Shown: positions 1 to 10,014, counted from the first letter of the stretch. The stretch is 64,000 nucleotides of DNA from Candidatus Aenigmatarchaeota archaeon (GCA_016934325.1 JAFGSV010000019.1:1197-65196); one strand, 5' to 3'. Translations and numbers: made by a program. The notes: generated by a model from the sequence alone, not told the origin.

Positions 1-3000
1 ACTTCGATCTCATATGCGACGACGGGTTCGGATCGGGCTGCATGACTACCTACTGGGAGTTCAAGGCGTCTGCCGCATCGTGCGATCCGAACCTGCCCGC
101 GAATTACGACAATTCTGGGACCCCCACCCTGAGCGCCAGCACGGCTGCCGTTGACGGCACCATCTGGATAAACAAGGTGTGCTTCTGGTCGGATGACTAT
201 TCCGGCAACAGGGAAGCCCAGGTGGCATCCAACCTCTTCTACATCGACATGGAGGATCCCACTGTCGGCGTGACCGCCCTGAGCGGATTCGATACCTACT
301 TCAACGGGATTTCCTACTTCATCAAGGGCACGGGGACCATATCAGCCCCAGCCGATGACGGCCTCGGAAGCGGGATCGATGGGAGCAGCTCAGAATTCAC
401 CACCGACCTGGCGAGCTGGAACCCCGCAAGCTACTCCGGGGGGGATTGCGAGCGGAGCGGCATCTCGATCGTCAATGGCCTGTCGTATACCTTCAACCTG
501 AGGGTGAGGGATAACGTGGAGAACCTGGGGACCGGGACCCCGTCAGTGACCTATGCCGGCGACACGGCGGCGCCGACCTTCACTGCGCCCGAAATATATG
601 CCGGCAACTATTACAACAACTTCTTCAACGGCATACCTGGCCCGATATCCATAAGGTCCCGTCCCACTGACACGGGGTCGGGCTTCGACCCGAGCAGCTG
701 CGAGTACAGGATCACAGGCAGCTGGAACCCCGCCAGCTGGGACGGCACGTATTGCTACGTGACCGGGCTCTCTCCCGGCGGGGACATATCCGTGCAGTTC
801 AGGGGCGAGGACAACCTGCAGAACGCGGGGACAAGCGCGATCGCCGATTTCATCTACGATGACACGGGGCCGGCGGTCGACATCTCCGGGCTTTCGATGC
901 CCCTGGCAGGCTCGCTCACCATCCAGCTCACCGACATAACATGCGACGACGGTGCGGGTTCGGGATGCGACTTCGGCCCCCCGGCGGACACGAGGATGCT
1001 GCTCCTGTACGCGTCGGATCCGGGCTCATGCTCCAATGTCTACGCGAACTACGTTCTCAGCCCCCCGCAGGTCCTGGGCTCTCCCGGGATGTGGGCGTGC
1101 GCTGCGGCCTTGGACCACCTCGGGAACCCAGGGTTCTCGTCCCCGGCCGACCTGCAGGGCCCTGACGCTCCCGTCATATCGTCCATCACCCACCCGACCC
1201 AGACGAGCTGGTACAGCAACAACGACCCCGGCTTCAGCTGGACCGCGAGCGATGACAACGGCATAGCCCAATACAGCTACGAGTTCGACCAGCTGCCCGC
1301 GACCGTTCCCGACGGCACGAATCTCCAGCCGGGCAATACCATATCCTTCACCGACATATCGGACGGCGAATGGTACATCCATGTCAGGGCGCAGGACGGC
1401 CTCGGCAACTGGGGACCGACGGGCCATTACAGGGCGAGGATCGACGTGACGCCCCCCTCTGTGGACCTTTTCAATCCGGCGACCAGGCCTTGGGACCTGA
1501 CCGACGTAACCGTCACGGTAAGCGTGAGCGACGCCACCTCGGGCCTGAAGGGATACAGGTACGCCTTCACCAACAACGTGGCGAAGCCGTCCTCATGGAG
1601 CTCGTTCTCAGCGCTTTCTGGCAACAGCGACTCATTCTCCGAGACTGTCTCTTCCGATGGCGAGTGGTACCTGCACGTAGAGGTGAATGACAGCGCAGAC
1701 AACGAGGTCTGGGCCTTCAGCGGACCCTACCAGATCGACTCGATAGGGCCGACCATCGAATGGGTGAAAGACCTCTTCTGGGATGCGCTCGCCACCGATC
1801 CCGACGTCGCCGAGATAGGCGACAAGGACAGGGTCGGCGCTGCGTGGAACGCGACGGACTGGGGCCCAGGGCCGGGGATTGAGCAATATCATTATCAGCT
1901 GCGGGACAGCCTCATGAATGTCGTCGCGGAAGGCTACATCAGCGTGGCTCCGCCTGTGAAGACGGAATTGAAGAAGATGTACATCATTTACCCCACGAAC
2001 ATGTCGAGCGAGCTCGTCGAAGGAGAGACCTACATATTCAGGGTGAGGGCGCAGGACAGCGTCTTCGGATGGGGCGGCTGGACCTACAGCGACGGCTTCT
2101 TGGTAGGCATCTGCTTCAACAAGGACTGCGGCGTCCCATGCACCATTCCCGGGGAAGGTGACGGCGTCTGCAACGGCTCCGGGGGGTGCTACGTGCACGA
2201 CCTTTATGGCTTGGGGGTCTGCCCGCTCGGATGCGGCCCCCCTGCGCTCAGCCCGGGCGATGAGAGGGCATGCTACGATTACAGCGGGCTGACGTGGCCG
2301 TGCGGCATGTTCGCCAGCCTCTGCGGGATGAGCTGGCAGGGAGCCACTATAGCGGGCGACAGCCACGCCTGCACCGATTCTCTGTCGATCGATAACTGCT
2401 GCGGGGTCGCGGGATGCGGGTCGAAATCGAACACCGAGATCACGGGCAGCTGGCTTGCCTATCAGCCGCCGGCGCTCGATTACTACGGCCCGAACAAGCC
2501 CTTCACGATCGCCCTTCAGGGCGTCAATGCGTTGCTGAATCCGGACGTTCCTGTCTGCACTTTCATCCCGCTGGTCGATTGTTCCATAACGAGGCCCGAC
2601 GGCAGCTCCCTCTTCGTCGACCAGTGGATAAACTACAAGACGACCGCGGACACGAGCCTCAGCTATACACCCACCAGCCTCGACGGCGAATGGAACCTCA
2701 TCGGATGCGAACTGCGGTCGAACTTCGGGGTCAACGGCGGCTGGGTCATGATGAGGGACTTCAACAACTACAACTTCTTCGTTGATACGAACGATCCCGA
2801 AGCCTGGATAACGGCGCCCCCCGGCACCGGGCCGCCCGGGGCGAACGTTGGCCTGATATTCGACGTCACCTGGGGCAGCCAGGACGTTCCGGTCGGCGGC
2901 GTCGCCTCAGGGATAGACCACTTCGAGTTCCAGTACGTCGACGTGACCCGCTACCCGCTCATCGGATGGGAGAACTACATAATGAACGTCCCGGCTTCGC

Positions 3001-4349
3001 AGAGCTACTATACGATCGATGCCACCGCGGACGGTCCGGGACCCCACACGTACTGCTACAGGGTCAGGCCCGTCGATAACGCCGACAACGTCGGGAGCTG
3101 GTCGTGCGATCCCGGGCCATTGGCTTCGCCCGACTTCTCTCTGTGCAACTGCAGCACCACCGATGACGACCTGCCCATCATATCGAGCGTGGTGACGACC
3201 CCGTTGTACACGAACGCCTACCCGGCGTGGTTCAACGTGAACTGGAGCGGGTCTGACGGGTCCGGCATCAAATGCTTCTTCCCCCAGTACAAGATGATAA
3301 ACAACAGGACAGGCGCCGTCATACGTGACTGGTCAAATTGGACCGCGCTAAACAACGTGTTCAACGTCCCTGTATGGAACGGCCCCGCAAGCGTGATAAA
3401 CTGCACCGACCTGACAAGCGGCATCTTCATCCCGAATTCGGTCGTCGGCCTGGACCAGGAGAACAGGACGTACTATTTCAGGGTGGCCGCCGCCGATGAC
3501 GTGGTCGGGACCTCGAACATGGGCAACTGGGGGTATTCCGCCAACGGCACGTGGGTGGACTGGACCGCTCCCAGCGTCGTGGACCTTGCAGTCACTCGTT
3601 CGGACACCGGGGAGGTGGTGCCTGACGGTTGGGAAATTGAGTTGGGGGAGACAGCGACGTTCAGCCTGAACACATACGACTACTACACCGGCGTCAATGA
3701 ATCGTGGATTGAGATAAGGGTGGTGTCGGCCGATACAGGAGCGGTGATACAGGACTGGAGCGAATTGAGCAGGTGCAGCGGCACCTTCTGCCAGGCCGTC
3801 TCCAGCTGGAACATAGAGGTGAACGTCAGCTACCGCGGGGTTGCGCGCGACCTCGCCGGCAACGAGTACACGACAATCGATTACCTGCTGCTCGTGAGGA
3901 AGCCCAAGTTTCTGATAGCTTCCACAAGGGACCTGTTCATGCCGCTGGGATCCTACGAGTACGTGAACCTGAGGGTATCGAACCTGCAGGACCAGTATGA
4001 GTACGTGAACCTGGAAATCCAGGACGATTACATGTACAGCAAGTTCGTCGCCCTGGAAGACGGCGAGCTCAGCCTCGACCAGAGGTCGCTGAACATATCG
4101 CTTCTGCCCAATGAGATAAGGTCCCTGTCGGTGCTGGTCTACACGGCTGATGTTGGAGACTGGGTGATGACGATATATGCCAACTCCACCCTGCCCGGCC
4201 AGGAGAACGTGACCGACATGGTCCAGATAAAAATAAAGGTCGTCCACCCGGCGGAGTTCTCCGGCCTGTCGCTGTCGGCGGTCGTCATCCTGTTCTGTCT
4301 CGCGGTCATCGCCTACTTCAGGTTCGAGTCAGGCAAGGCGAGACGGTAG
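1..4349 (+). CDS. Giant cell-surface protein, 5'-truncated by the window edge (at least 1448 aa visible). Repeated beta-sandwich modules, Cys-rich segment, single C-terminal TM anchor
   Basis: ORF 42..4349 stays open in the same frame back to nt 3. FDLICDDGFGSGC at nt 3-41 echoes the internal DITCDDGAGSGCDF, so the ATG at 42 is internal. Recurrent module signature: GEWYIHVRAQDGLGNWG, GEWYLHVEVNDSADNEV, TYIFRVRAQDSVFGWG, TYCYRVRPVDNADNVGSW, TYYFRVAAADDVVG. Cys-rich block GICFNKDCGVPC...CCGVAGCGS. C-terminus PAEFSGLSLSAVVILFCLAVIAYFRFESGKARR is a hydrophobic helix plus basic tail. Confidence 0.8.
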   Translation, partial: FDLICDDGFGSGCMTTYWEFKASAASCDPNLPANYDNSGTPTLSASTAAVDGTIWINKVCFWSDDYSGNREAQVASNLFYIDMEDPTVGVTALSGFDTYFNGISYFIKGTGTISAPADDGLGSGIDGSSSEFTTDLASWNPASYSGGDCERSGISIVNGLSYTFNLRVRDNVENLGTGTPSVTYAGDTAAPTFTAPEIYAGNYYNNFFNGIPGPISIRSRPTDTGSGFDPSSCEYRITGSWNPASWDGTYCYVTGLSPGGDISVQFRGEDNLQNAGTSAIADFIYDDTGPAVDISGLSMPLAGSLTIQLTDITCDDGAGSGCDFGPPADTRMLLLYASDPGSCSNVYANYVLSPPQVLGSPGMWACAAALDHLGNPGFSSPADLQGPDAPVISSITHPTQTSWYSNNDPGFSWTASDDNGIAQYSYEFDQLPATVPDGTNLQPGNTISFTDISDGEWYIHVRAQDGLGNWGPTGHYRARIDVTPPSVDLFNPATRPWDLTDVTVTVSVSDATSGLKGYRYAFTNNVAKPSSWSSFSALSGNSDSFSETVSSDGEWYLHVEVNDSADNEVWAFSGPYQIDSIGPTIEWVKDLFWDALATDPDVAEIGDKDRVGAAWNATDWGPGPGIEQYHYQLRDSLMNVVAEGYISVAPPVKTELKKMYIIYPTNMSSELVEGETYIFRVRAQDSVFGWGGWTYSDGFLVGICFNKDCGVPCTIPGEGDGVCNGSGGCYVHDLYGLGVCPLGCGPPALSPGDERACYDYSGLTWPCGMFASLCGMSWQGATIAGDSHACTDSLSIDNCCGVAGCGSKSNTEITGSWLAYQPPALDYYGPNKPFTIALQGVNALLNPDVPVCTFIPLVDCSITRPDGSSLFVDQWINYKTTADTSLSYTPTSLDGEWNLIGCELRSNFGVNGGWVMMRDFNNYNFFVDTNDPEAWITAPPGTGPPGANVGLIFDVTWGSQDVPVGGVASGIDHFEFQYVDVTRYPLIGWENYIMNVPASQSYYTIDATADGPGPHTYCYRVRPVDNADNVGSWSCDPGPLASPDFSLCNCSTTDDDLPIISSVVTTPLYTNAYPAWFNVNWSGSDGSGIKCFFPQYKMINNRTGAVIRDWSNWTALNNVFNVPVWNGPASVINCTDLTSGIFIPNSVVGLDQENRTYYFRVAAADDVVGTSNMGNWGYSANGTWVDWTAPSVVDLAVTRSDTGEVVPDGWEIELGETATFSLNTYDYYTGVNESWIEIRVVSADTGAVIQDWSELSRCSGTFCQAVSSWNIEVNVSYRGVARDLAGNEYTTIDYLLLVRKPKFLIASTRDLFMPLGSYEYVNLRVSNLQDQYEYVNLEIQDDYMYSKFVALEDGELSLDQRSLNISLLPNEIRSLSVLVYTADVGDWVMTIYANSTLPGQENVTDMVQIKIKVVHPAEFSGLSLSAVVILFCLAVIAYFRFESGKARR

Positions 4350-4436
4350 CACAGTCCTTCCTCTGTTGTTTCCTTTGTCGTCAGGTGCCTATCCCGATGC
4401 ATGCCCTTGGTGAAGATTTCGCAGAGCGGCATGCGT

Positions 4437-5636
4437 TCAGAAATGAACCCTGTTCCTGAACGAGAAGAGTATGGCGAACGAGAGCAGGGAAAGGGCCCCC
4501 GAGATGATCAGGGGATACGAGAACCCGTACGCGAAGCCAAGGGGTCCGAAGACAAGGGAACCGAACACGGCTCCCATGATCATGACAGTGTACGCGATGC
4601 TCGTCTCCCCAGCGACCCTCTCCACCTTGAATATCTTCGAGAAGCTGACGTTGTAGCCCACCGCGGCCATGGCATCCCCTATCTCGTGCAGGACCCTGAA
4701 CATGAACGATACGGGTACTACAGGATATGCCATCATTATGTGGCCAATGCCGGAAATCACCAGGCCCGCGAAGAAGAAGACCTTGTTATTGCCTGTCTTG
4801 TCTATCCTCGAGCCGGCGATCATCGATACGACAGCGAGGACCATGACCGGTATCCCCATATATATCCCTATCCCCCCGAGGTCCAGCCCGAGCCCCTCCC
4901 TCAGGAATAGTGAGTATGAAGTGTGCTCAGCTCCCCAGTGGATGCCGAAAAGGAACAGGGGGAGCAGGAAGATGGCCGTGCTCCTCCTCAGGATGATGCT
5001 CCTGTACTCCCTCAGCGGGAATCGCCCTATCCTGGATTCGGTGATAATGTATGAGACGAGCGCCAGCAACAGGAAAGCGGCGCTGGTTATGAGCATCACG
5101 CCGCTGAAATCGAGGCTCGCCAGCATGAATCCACCGAGGACTATGCCTATCCCGAAGCCCCCCGTCGATGCGAGCTGGTATATTCCCAGTTTCCTCCCAC
5201 GGCCGCCGGGGCCCAGGGCCTTGAACGTCAGGCTCCTTATGCTGGTGTCTATCATGTTCCCGCCTAGGCCACCCGCGATGAAGAAGGGGATGATGAGCAG
5301 GAAATCCGTGTATAGGTAAAGGCCCGCGAAGAACAGGGACTCGAGCAGCATGCCAAAGATGATGACGTACTTGATGCTCAGCTTGTCGTTGATGATGCCG
5401 ATCGGAAACGAGCTGAAGAGGTTGACGATGTTGAATATGGACATCAGTATGCCGATCTGCAGCCCGTCGAACCCCAGGTCGAAAAGGTAAAGGGGCAGGA
5501 AGAAGAAGGTGAAGCTTATCAGGAGCTGCTTGAAGAAGTTCAACCCGTTCGGGATTCTTAGCGGCAACATGCGAATCAAGAAATTATTATCATGATTATT
5601 ATTAAATCGATGAGCAGGATGATGGCCGGCGTCCAT
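4437..5636 (-). CDS. Major-facilitator-type (MFS) membrane transporter
   Basis: 399-aa ORF dominated by hydrophobic helices. The loop PIGIINDKLSIKY after the second helix resembles MFS motif A (G-x-L-x-D-r-x-G-r-k). The first ~20 codons are polar, so the true start may be the internal Met of MLPLRIPNG. Confidence 0.65.
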   Translation of the reverse strand: MDAGHHPAHRFNNNHDNNFLIRMLPLRIPNGLNFFKQLLISFTFFFLPLYLFDLGFDGLQIGILMSIFNIVNLFSSFPIGIINDKLSIKYVIIFGMLLESLFFAGLYLYTDFLLIIPFFIAGGLGGNMIDTSIRSLTFKALGPGGRGRKLGIYQLASTGGFGIGIVLGGFMLASLDFSGVMLITSAAFLLLALVSYIITESRIGRFPLREYRSIILRRSTAIFLLPLFLFGIHWGAEHTSYSLFLREGLGLDLGGIGIYMGIPVMVLAVVSMIAGSRIDKTGNNKVFFFAGLVISGIGHIMMAYPVVPVSFMFRVLHEIGDAMAAVGYNVSFSKIFKVERVAGETSIAYTVMIMGAVFGSLVFGPLGFAYGFSYPLIISGALSLLSFAILFSFRNRVHF

Positions 5637-5667
5637 CTTTACTTACAGCCGTGCGCCCTCCATGGGC

Positions 5668-6294
5668 CTAACCCGGCCTGAGGGGGACGAATATGACGCC
5701 CCCGTGGCTCTCGCGCTTGAACCCGTCCTTGGACTTGCGCAGCAGGATCAGATCCTGGTGGTAGAAGCCCCCGACCGGCGCTATCAATATCCCTCCTTCC
5801 TTCAGCTGGTCCTTCCATGCCTGTAATATATCCGGGGCCGCGCAGGTGACTATTATCTTGTCATAGGGCGCCCTGGGCGGGTGGCCCTTGCTCCCGTCGC
5901 CGACAAGCACGTCGACATTCGTGCATCCGGCCTTGTCGAGGTTTCCCTTGGCGAACACGGCCAGGTCGGGCTCGACCTCGACGGTTAATACGCGGCTCAC
6001 CAGCCTAGACAGTATGGCGGCCTGGTACCCCGATCCGGCCCCGATCTCCAGCACGTTGTCGCTTTCCTTCGGCTTCAGCAGCTCCGTCATCATGGCGACC
6101 ATATGGGGGGCGGATATGGTCTGCCCGTGCCCGATCTGCAGCGGATAGTCGGAATAGGAATACACCCTGTCGCTGGCGAGGACGAACTCCTCCCTGGGCA
6201 CCTCCCTGAAGGCGAGGATAACCTTGTCGCTCTTCAGGTATCCCTCCCCCTGCAGCTTGCTGATCAGCATCTCCCTGTCCTCGTTGATACCCAT
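5668..6294 (-). CDS. pcm: Protein-L-isoaspartate O-methyltransferase
   Basis: GHGQTISAPHMVAMMTELL, SAM motif VLEIGAGSGYQAAILSRLV, later APYDKIIVTCAAPDI and GGILIAPVG. Typical PIMT order and length (208 aa). Confidence 0.9.
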   Translation of the reverse strand: MGINEDREMLISKLQGEGYLKSDKVILAFREVPREEFVLASDRVYSYSDYPLQIGHGQTISAPHMVAMMTELLKPKESDNVLEIGAGSGYQAAILSRLVSRVLTVEVEPDLAVFAKGNLDKAGCTNVDVLVGDGSKGHPPRAPYDKIIVTCAAPDILQAWKDQLKEGGILIAPVGGFYHQDLILLRKSKDGFKRESHGGVIFVPLRPG

Positions 6295-6378
6295 GAATAA
6301 TATGTCGTTCCGCTGGTTAAAGTATTTGAGCGGGTTTTCTATGCTTCATTTTTTAGCTTTGCCGGGCAATTTGTTAAC

Positions 6379-7038
6379 ATGAGAATGTACGATTACTGCA
6401 TACTGGACTTCTCCGACCCGGCCGCCGTCTCGGATAAGGCGGCAAAGCTCGGCTGGGGCGGGCTGTGCGTGCTGGACGCTGAAAGCCGCGAGGGGTCGAA
6501 AGAGAAGGGGAAGCCATGCATCGATGTCGCCAAGGGCACCATCATCGAGGCCGACAAGGCGGCAACGGTAAGGCGGGAGGCTCTGAAGAGGAGGAGGGTC
6601 TTCGAGGTCGTTGCCGTCAGGGGGCTGAGCGACGAGGCGAACAGGGCGGCCGTCGAGGCGCCCGCCGCCGACATCCTGCTGCCCGGCGATGATTCGAGGG
6701 TCGATTACGTCATGGTCAAGCTGGCGAAGAAGAACAGCGTGTCCATAGGGTTCGAGTTCAGGCAGCTGCTCCAGTCGAGCGGGGAGGACAGGAGCAGGAT
6801 CTTCTCCAGGATGCGGGCCACGGCGAAGCTGGTGCGCAAGTTCGGGGCCTCCTTCGTCATAACGAGCGGGGCCATGTCCGAATGGGACTTGAGGGCCCCA
6901 TCGGAGCTCATCGCCTTCGGCAGGGTCCTCGGATTCGAGACCCCCGGCATAACGAAGGCCATCTCCGCCTGGCTGATTGAAAGGAACAGGAAGAGGCTGG
7001 GAGGCAAATGGGTCATGCCTGGGGTGGAGGTCGAATAG
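6379..7038 (+). CDS. rnp3: RNase P protein component 3 (Rpp30 family)
   Basis: 219 aa with Rpp30-like pattern (VDYVMVKLAKKNSVSIGFEF...RMRATAKLVRKFGASFVITSGAMSEWDLRAPSELIAFGRVLGF). It lies immediately upstream of a Pop5-like gene, the usual archaeal pairing. Confidence 0.7.
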   Translation: MRMYDYCILDFSDPAAVSDKAAKLGWGGLCVLDAESREGSKEKGKPCIDVAKGTIIEADKAATVRREALKRRRVFEVVAVRGLSDEANRAAVEAPAADILLPGDDSRVDYVMVKLAKKNSVSIGFEFRQLLQSSGEDRSRIFSRMRATAKLVRKFGASFVITSGAMSEWDLRAPSELIAFGRVLGFETPGITKAISAWLIERNRKRLGGKWVMPGVEVE

Positions 7039-7076
7039 GTGCCAGGGATGGAATATATGAGTAAGAGGCGATTGTC

Positions 7077-7418
7077 GTGAAGCTCAAGAGGCTCCCGAGC
7101 ATGCGGGAGAAGAGGCACTACGTGACTTTCAGGCTGCACAGCAATAATCCCGTCATGTACAGCGAGATGAAGGGCGCCGTCATGAACTCCGTCCTGAACT
7201 GGCTGGGGGAGGGAGGCTTCTCAGCTGCCAGGTGCAGGATCATAAAGAACCTGTGGGACCACAGGAGGCAGGTCGGCATGATGGAATGCTCGCCTGCTTC
7301 CGTGGACGACATCAAGCTGGCCCTCGCCCTGGTCCACCAGATAGGCGACGAGCGGGTAATCTTCCAGGTCACCCGGGTCTCAGGCACGATCAAGTCCGGG
7401 AAGGCAAAGATGAAATAG
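7077..7418 (+). CDS. rnp2: RNase P protein component 2 (Pop5 family)
   Basis: 113 aa, GTG start. LKRLPSMREKRHYVTFRL at the N-terminus and VSGTIKSGK near the C-terminus match the Pop5 pattern (LPPxxRxxxRYIxFEI ... SGTI). Confidence 0.7.
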   Translation: MKLKRLPSMREKRHYVTFRLHSNNPVMYSEMKGAVMNSVLNWLGEGGFSAARCRIIKNLWDHRRQVGMMECSPASVDDIKLALALVHQIGDERVIFQVTRVSGTIKSGKAKMK

Positions 7419-7510
7419 ACTTAATATAATAGTAATTATTATGGAATATTATTCCGATAACACATTTATTACTGATTTTAAACCCAGGAAGTGGGAGTAT
7501 AAGCGAAAAC

Positions 7511-7519
7511 TATTTAAAG
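7511..7519 (+). promoter_or_regulatory. Candidate TATA box (TATTTAAAG) with A-rich BRE-like upstream bases for ORF 7541
   Basis: gcgaaaacTATTTAAAGatttc is centred about 26 nt upstream of the ATG at 7541. This implies a leaderless or near-leaderless transcript. Confidence 0.4.
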
Positions 7520-7540
7520 ATTTCTACTGAAGAATAGAGC

Positions 7541-7990
7541 ATGTCAGACGGAATTTTCGATTTCGGTCCAATAAAGTTGGATATGCTGGGAAATCCGAAC
7601 CACGGTAAAAGTTACGGCTTCATATATGATTCAGAAAAAGCTATCAATTTTGGTAGCTGGATCGAAGAAGGTACCTATAGGAATGCACCTGCTGATGTAG
7701 CTGAAATGTTGAACAGGAAGTACGGAGCGGAAGTCTTCCAGAAAAGGTGCTCATTCATCATCGTGCATTATGAAAACGAAATAGATATCGTTAATGACAT
7801 TTTTACCGATTCCGCTACGGAAGAATCGGCAGAAGAAGGGGTTGTTACCTTTGGATATGACATGAAAGGCCCAAACGGAGGTAGGTGGATAGACGCAAGA
7901 ACGCTTTCCCCAATCGTGGGAATTGCCTCCAAGCCATTAGACAGGGAATACCGGCATGTAATAGAATTGGTCAGTCCGAATTCTGAATGA
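7541..7990 (+). CDS. Hypothetical protein (149 aa), orphan in an AT-rich islet
   Basis: Clean ORF with balanced composition, preceded by a TATA-like box. No motif recognised. Confidence 0.5.
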   Translation: MSDGIFDFGPIKLDMLGNPNHGKSYGFIYDSEKAINFGSWIEEGTYRNAPADVAEMLNRKYGAEVFQKRCSFIIVHYENEIDIVNDIFTDSATEESAEEGVVTFGYDMKGPNGGRWIDARTLSPIVGIASKPLDREYRHVIELVSPNSE

Positions 7991-8044
7991 CTACCGTCAG
8001 CTCATTTGTTCTTTTTATAAAAAGAAGCTGATAATTGCTACTAT

Positions 8045-8707
8045 ATGAGATTGGACCTGCACATTCATACGTATTATTCGGATGACGCGATAAGGAGCCC
8101 CGAGGAGATGGTCGCGGGGGCCAAAGCCAGGGGGCTTGACGGCCTAGCTATCACCGAGCACAATAACACGGAGAGCTGGAAGAGGGCCATCGAGGCGGGG
8201 AAGAGGAGCGGCCTGGGCATAATACTCGGAGAGGAGATCAAGGTCTTGCACGAAGGCGAGAAGATCGGCGAGGTGATTGCGCTCTTCATAAACCATGAGA
8301 TAAGATTCCGCGAGTTCCTAGAGGTCAAGGACGAGATCAGGAGCCAAGGGGGGCTGATGATAGCCGCCCACCCTTTCGACTCGTTCAGGAACCGATTCAA
8401 GATGCTCGACGAATTCAGGAGATACTTCGATGCCGTCGAGGCGTTCAATGCGCGCGCCGTGATGCACAGGTTCAACAGGAAAGCCGAGGAGTTCGCCCTG
8501 AAGAACGGGATGGCGATGACTGGGGGCTCGGATGCTCACTGCGTCAGGGAGCTGGGAAAGGGTCAGACCATCACCGACATAGACAATGTTAAAGATCTCT
8601 ACGGCGCGATCAGGAAGAAGAAGACGCAAGTGTGGGGGAAGGAATCAAGCCCTATCATCCATGCGGTGACGACGTTCGCGAAGCTGGGCATTTGGAAATC
8701 CAAATAA
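8045..8707 (+). CDS. PHP-domain metal-dependent phosphoesterase
   Basis: N-terminal MRLDLHIHTYYSDDA plus GLDGLAITEHNN, AAHPF and GGSDAHC. These are the His/Asp metal ligand motifs of the PHP fold. Confidence 0.8.
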   Translation: MRLDLHIHTYYSDDAIRSPEEMVAGAKARGLDGLAITEHNNTESWKRAIEAGKRSGLGIILGEEIKVLHEGEKIGEVIALFINHEIRFREFLEVKDEIRSQGGLMIAAHPFDSFRNRFKMLDEFRRYFDAVEAFNARAVMHRFNRKAEEFALKNGMAMTGGSDAHCVRELGKGQTITDIDNVKDLYGAIRKKKTQVWGKESSPIIHAVTTFAKLGIWKSK

Positions 8708-8741
8708 TTAATCGTGTGAGATTTCTTTGGGTTCTATTCAA

Positions 8742-9590
8742 CTAAGCAGCTTCCAACCAGGTCATCTGGAAATCTCCCATATCGATTATCAACGGTCTGC
8801 TTTTACCTTTCCCGTCTTCTGAAATAATCCTTTCCGTCCTCAGTGCGGTTTCCGCGATCTCGCGCCTGCATGAGGGAAGGAAGACCCTCCTGTACGGGGC
8901 CTTGCTCTCATCAACGTATTGGGCCTCGCCGACTACACCAACGATATCCTCAGTCGCTCTTCTGACATCATCCATTCCGAATCCGCAGACATTGGATATC
9001 TCCTTGTCCGAGAACTTCGGGTACCAGTTATCGCCATACGCATTTCTCAGCTCTTCGGATCTCTCCAGGATATACTTCAGCACGGGAAGCGATGCTGTAT
9101 CGAATTCCCCCTCGAAGGTGTGGGTCTCGCTGTCTATCGCCCTTTCCACAGCATCCGAGACGCATTCGGGAATGTAGAGCCCGCATGTCCTCTTCTTTTT
9201 CATCCATTTTCTGGTGTAAAACTTGAGCTCATTCCCGTCTTTCACCGTCCACGTGCGCTTTCCGCGTCCCTCCCATTTCAGTTCTTTCTCAAGGACGGCC
9301 TTCTGCAACTCGCCCATGTACTTTAATTTCGTCCAGTCGATTGAATCCACATGCTTGTCGAGATGGAATGAATCGAATTTCTCGATAAATGTCCCAACGG
9401 GACCATAAAGATACTTCCGGCAGAGCCTCAAGGCCTCGTCTCTACCGATACCCGTCTTGTATTCAAGGAATTCTATGCCGCTTCTTCCGGCCCTGAATCG
9501 GTTGATTTCCCCTTTAGAAGGGACATCGAGGTTTGAAACCAGACAGGCCGCATCGTCTGATATGGAGAAAGAATACTGTATAACTGCCAT
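8742..9590 (-). CDS. Hypothetical protein (282 aa)
   Basis: Long ORF with ordinary soluble-protein composition. No motif recognised. Lies downstream of the PadR-like gene on the same strand. Confidence 0.5.
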   Translation of the reverse strand: MAVIQYSFSISDDAACLVSNLDVPSKGEINRFRAGRSGIEFLEYKTGIGRDEALRLCRKYLYGPVGTFIEKFDSFHLDKHVDSIDWTKLKYMGELQKAVLEKELKWEGRGKRTWTVKDGNELKFYTRKWMKKKRTCGLYIPECVSDAVERAIDSETHTFEGEFDTASLPVLKYILERSEELRNAYGDNWYPKFSDKEISNVCGFGMDDVRRATEDIVGVVGEAQYVDESKAPYRRVFLPSCRREIAETALRTERIISEDGKGKSRPLIIDMGDFQMTWLEAA

Positions 9591-9632
9591 TTCAATTAAT
9601 TGCCGGGAAATTTTTTAAGCGGCATTCTAATC

Positions 9633-9944
9633 TCAGCTTTCCAGTGACTTTATCTGCCCTTTGTAGAACGTGATCGCGTCTTTGAGGGCTTCCTTGCCCT
9701 TCTCCGTTATGTAATATATCTTCCTCCTGCCTTCGGCCTTCTTGCTGACGAATCCCTTGCCGGTCAGATGATACAGGACCCTGTACGCGGTCACGGTCCC
9801 GGGCTTGAACCCGAACCTGTCCTCGATCTGCTTCCTCAGCATGTACGCGTGGGTCTCCCTGTCCTGGAGAATCCTCAGGATGTAAATCCACAGGCAGTCC
9901 TTCGTGTTCAGGTCGGCCAGCCGGCGCAACAACTTGTCGGTCAT
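9633..9944 (-). CDS. PadR-family winged-helix transcription regulator
   Basis: DCLWIYILRILQDRETHAYMLRKQIEDRFGFKPGTVTAYRVLYHLTGKGFVSKKAEGRRKIYYITEKGKEAL fits the PadR wHTH pattern, including the K-x-Y-x-IT-x-x-G segment. Confidence 0.75.
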   Translation of the reverse strand: MTDKLLRRLADLNTKDCLWIYILRILQDRETHAYMLRKQIEDRFGFKPGTVTAYRVLYHLTGKGFVSKKAEGRRKIYYITEKGKEALKDAITFYKGQIKSLES

Positions 9945-9992
9945 AATGATTATTTTGTTTTACCGGCATAAAATATATAAACATGCCCCGCA

Positions 9993-10014
9993 ATATTTTA
10001 TACAGGTAAAATAT
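9993..10014. promoter_or_regulatory. Perfect 8-6-8 inverted repeat ATATTTTA-tacagg-TAAAATAT overlapping the TATA region of ino1, in the divergent PadR/ino1 intergenic
   Basis: Read directly at 9993-10000 and 10007-10014, ending 2 nt before the ino1 ATG (10016). It is AT-only, so it may be partly chance. Confidence 0.35.

Noticed and set aside
4250-4349. C-terminal PAEF plus TM plus basic tail, considered as a PGF-CTERM/PEF-CTERM archaeosortase sorting signal
   Set aside because: The tripeptide does not match PGF or PEF exactly, and no archaeosortase gene is in the window. It is kept only as a plain C-terminal anchor and mentioned as something to test.
8009-8026. Perfect 18-nt palindrome TTCTTTTTATAAAAAGAA between ORF 7541..7990 and the PHP gene, considered as a hairpin terminator
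   Set aside because: It is AT-only, so the hairpin would be weak. It sits about 25 nt upstream of the PHP ATG (8045), where a TATA box is expected, so the simplest reading is a promoter element. The call is ambiguous.
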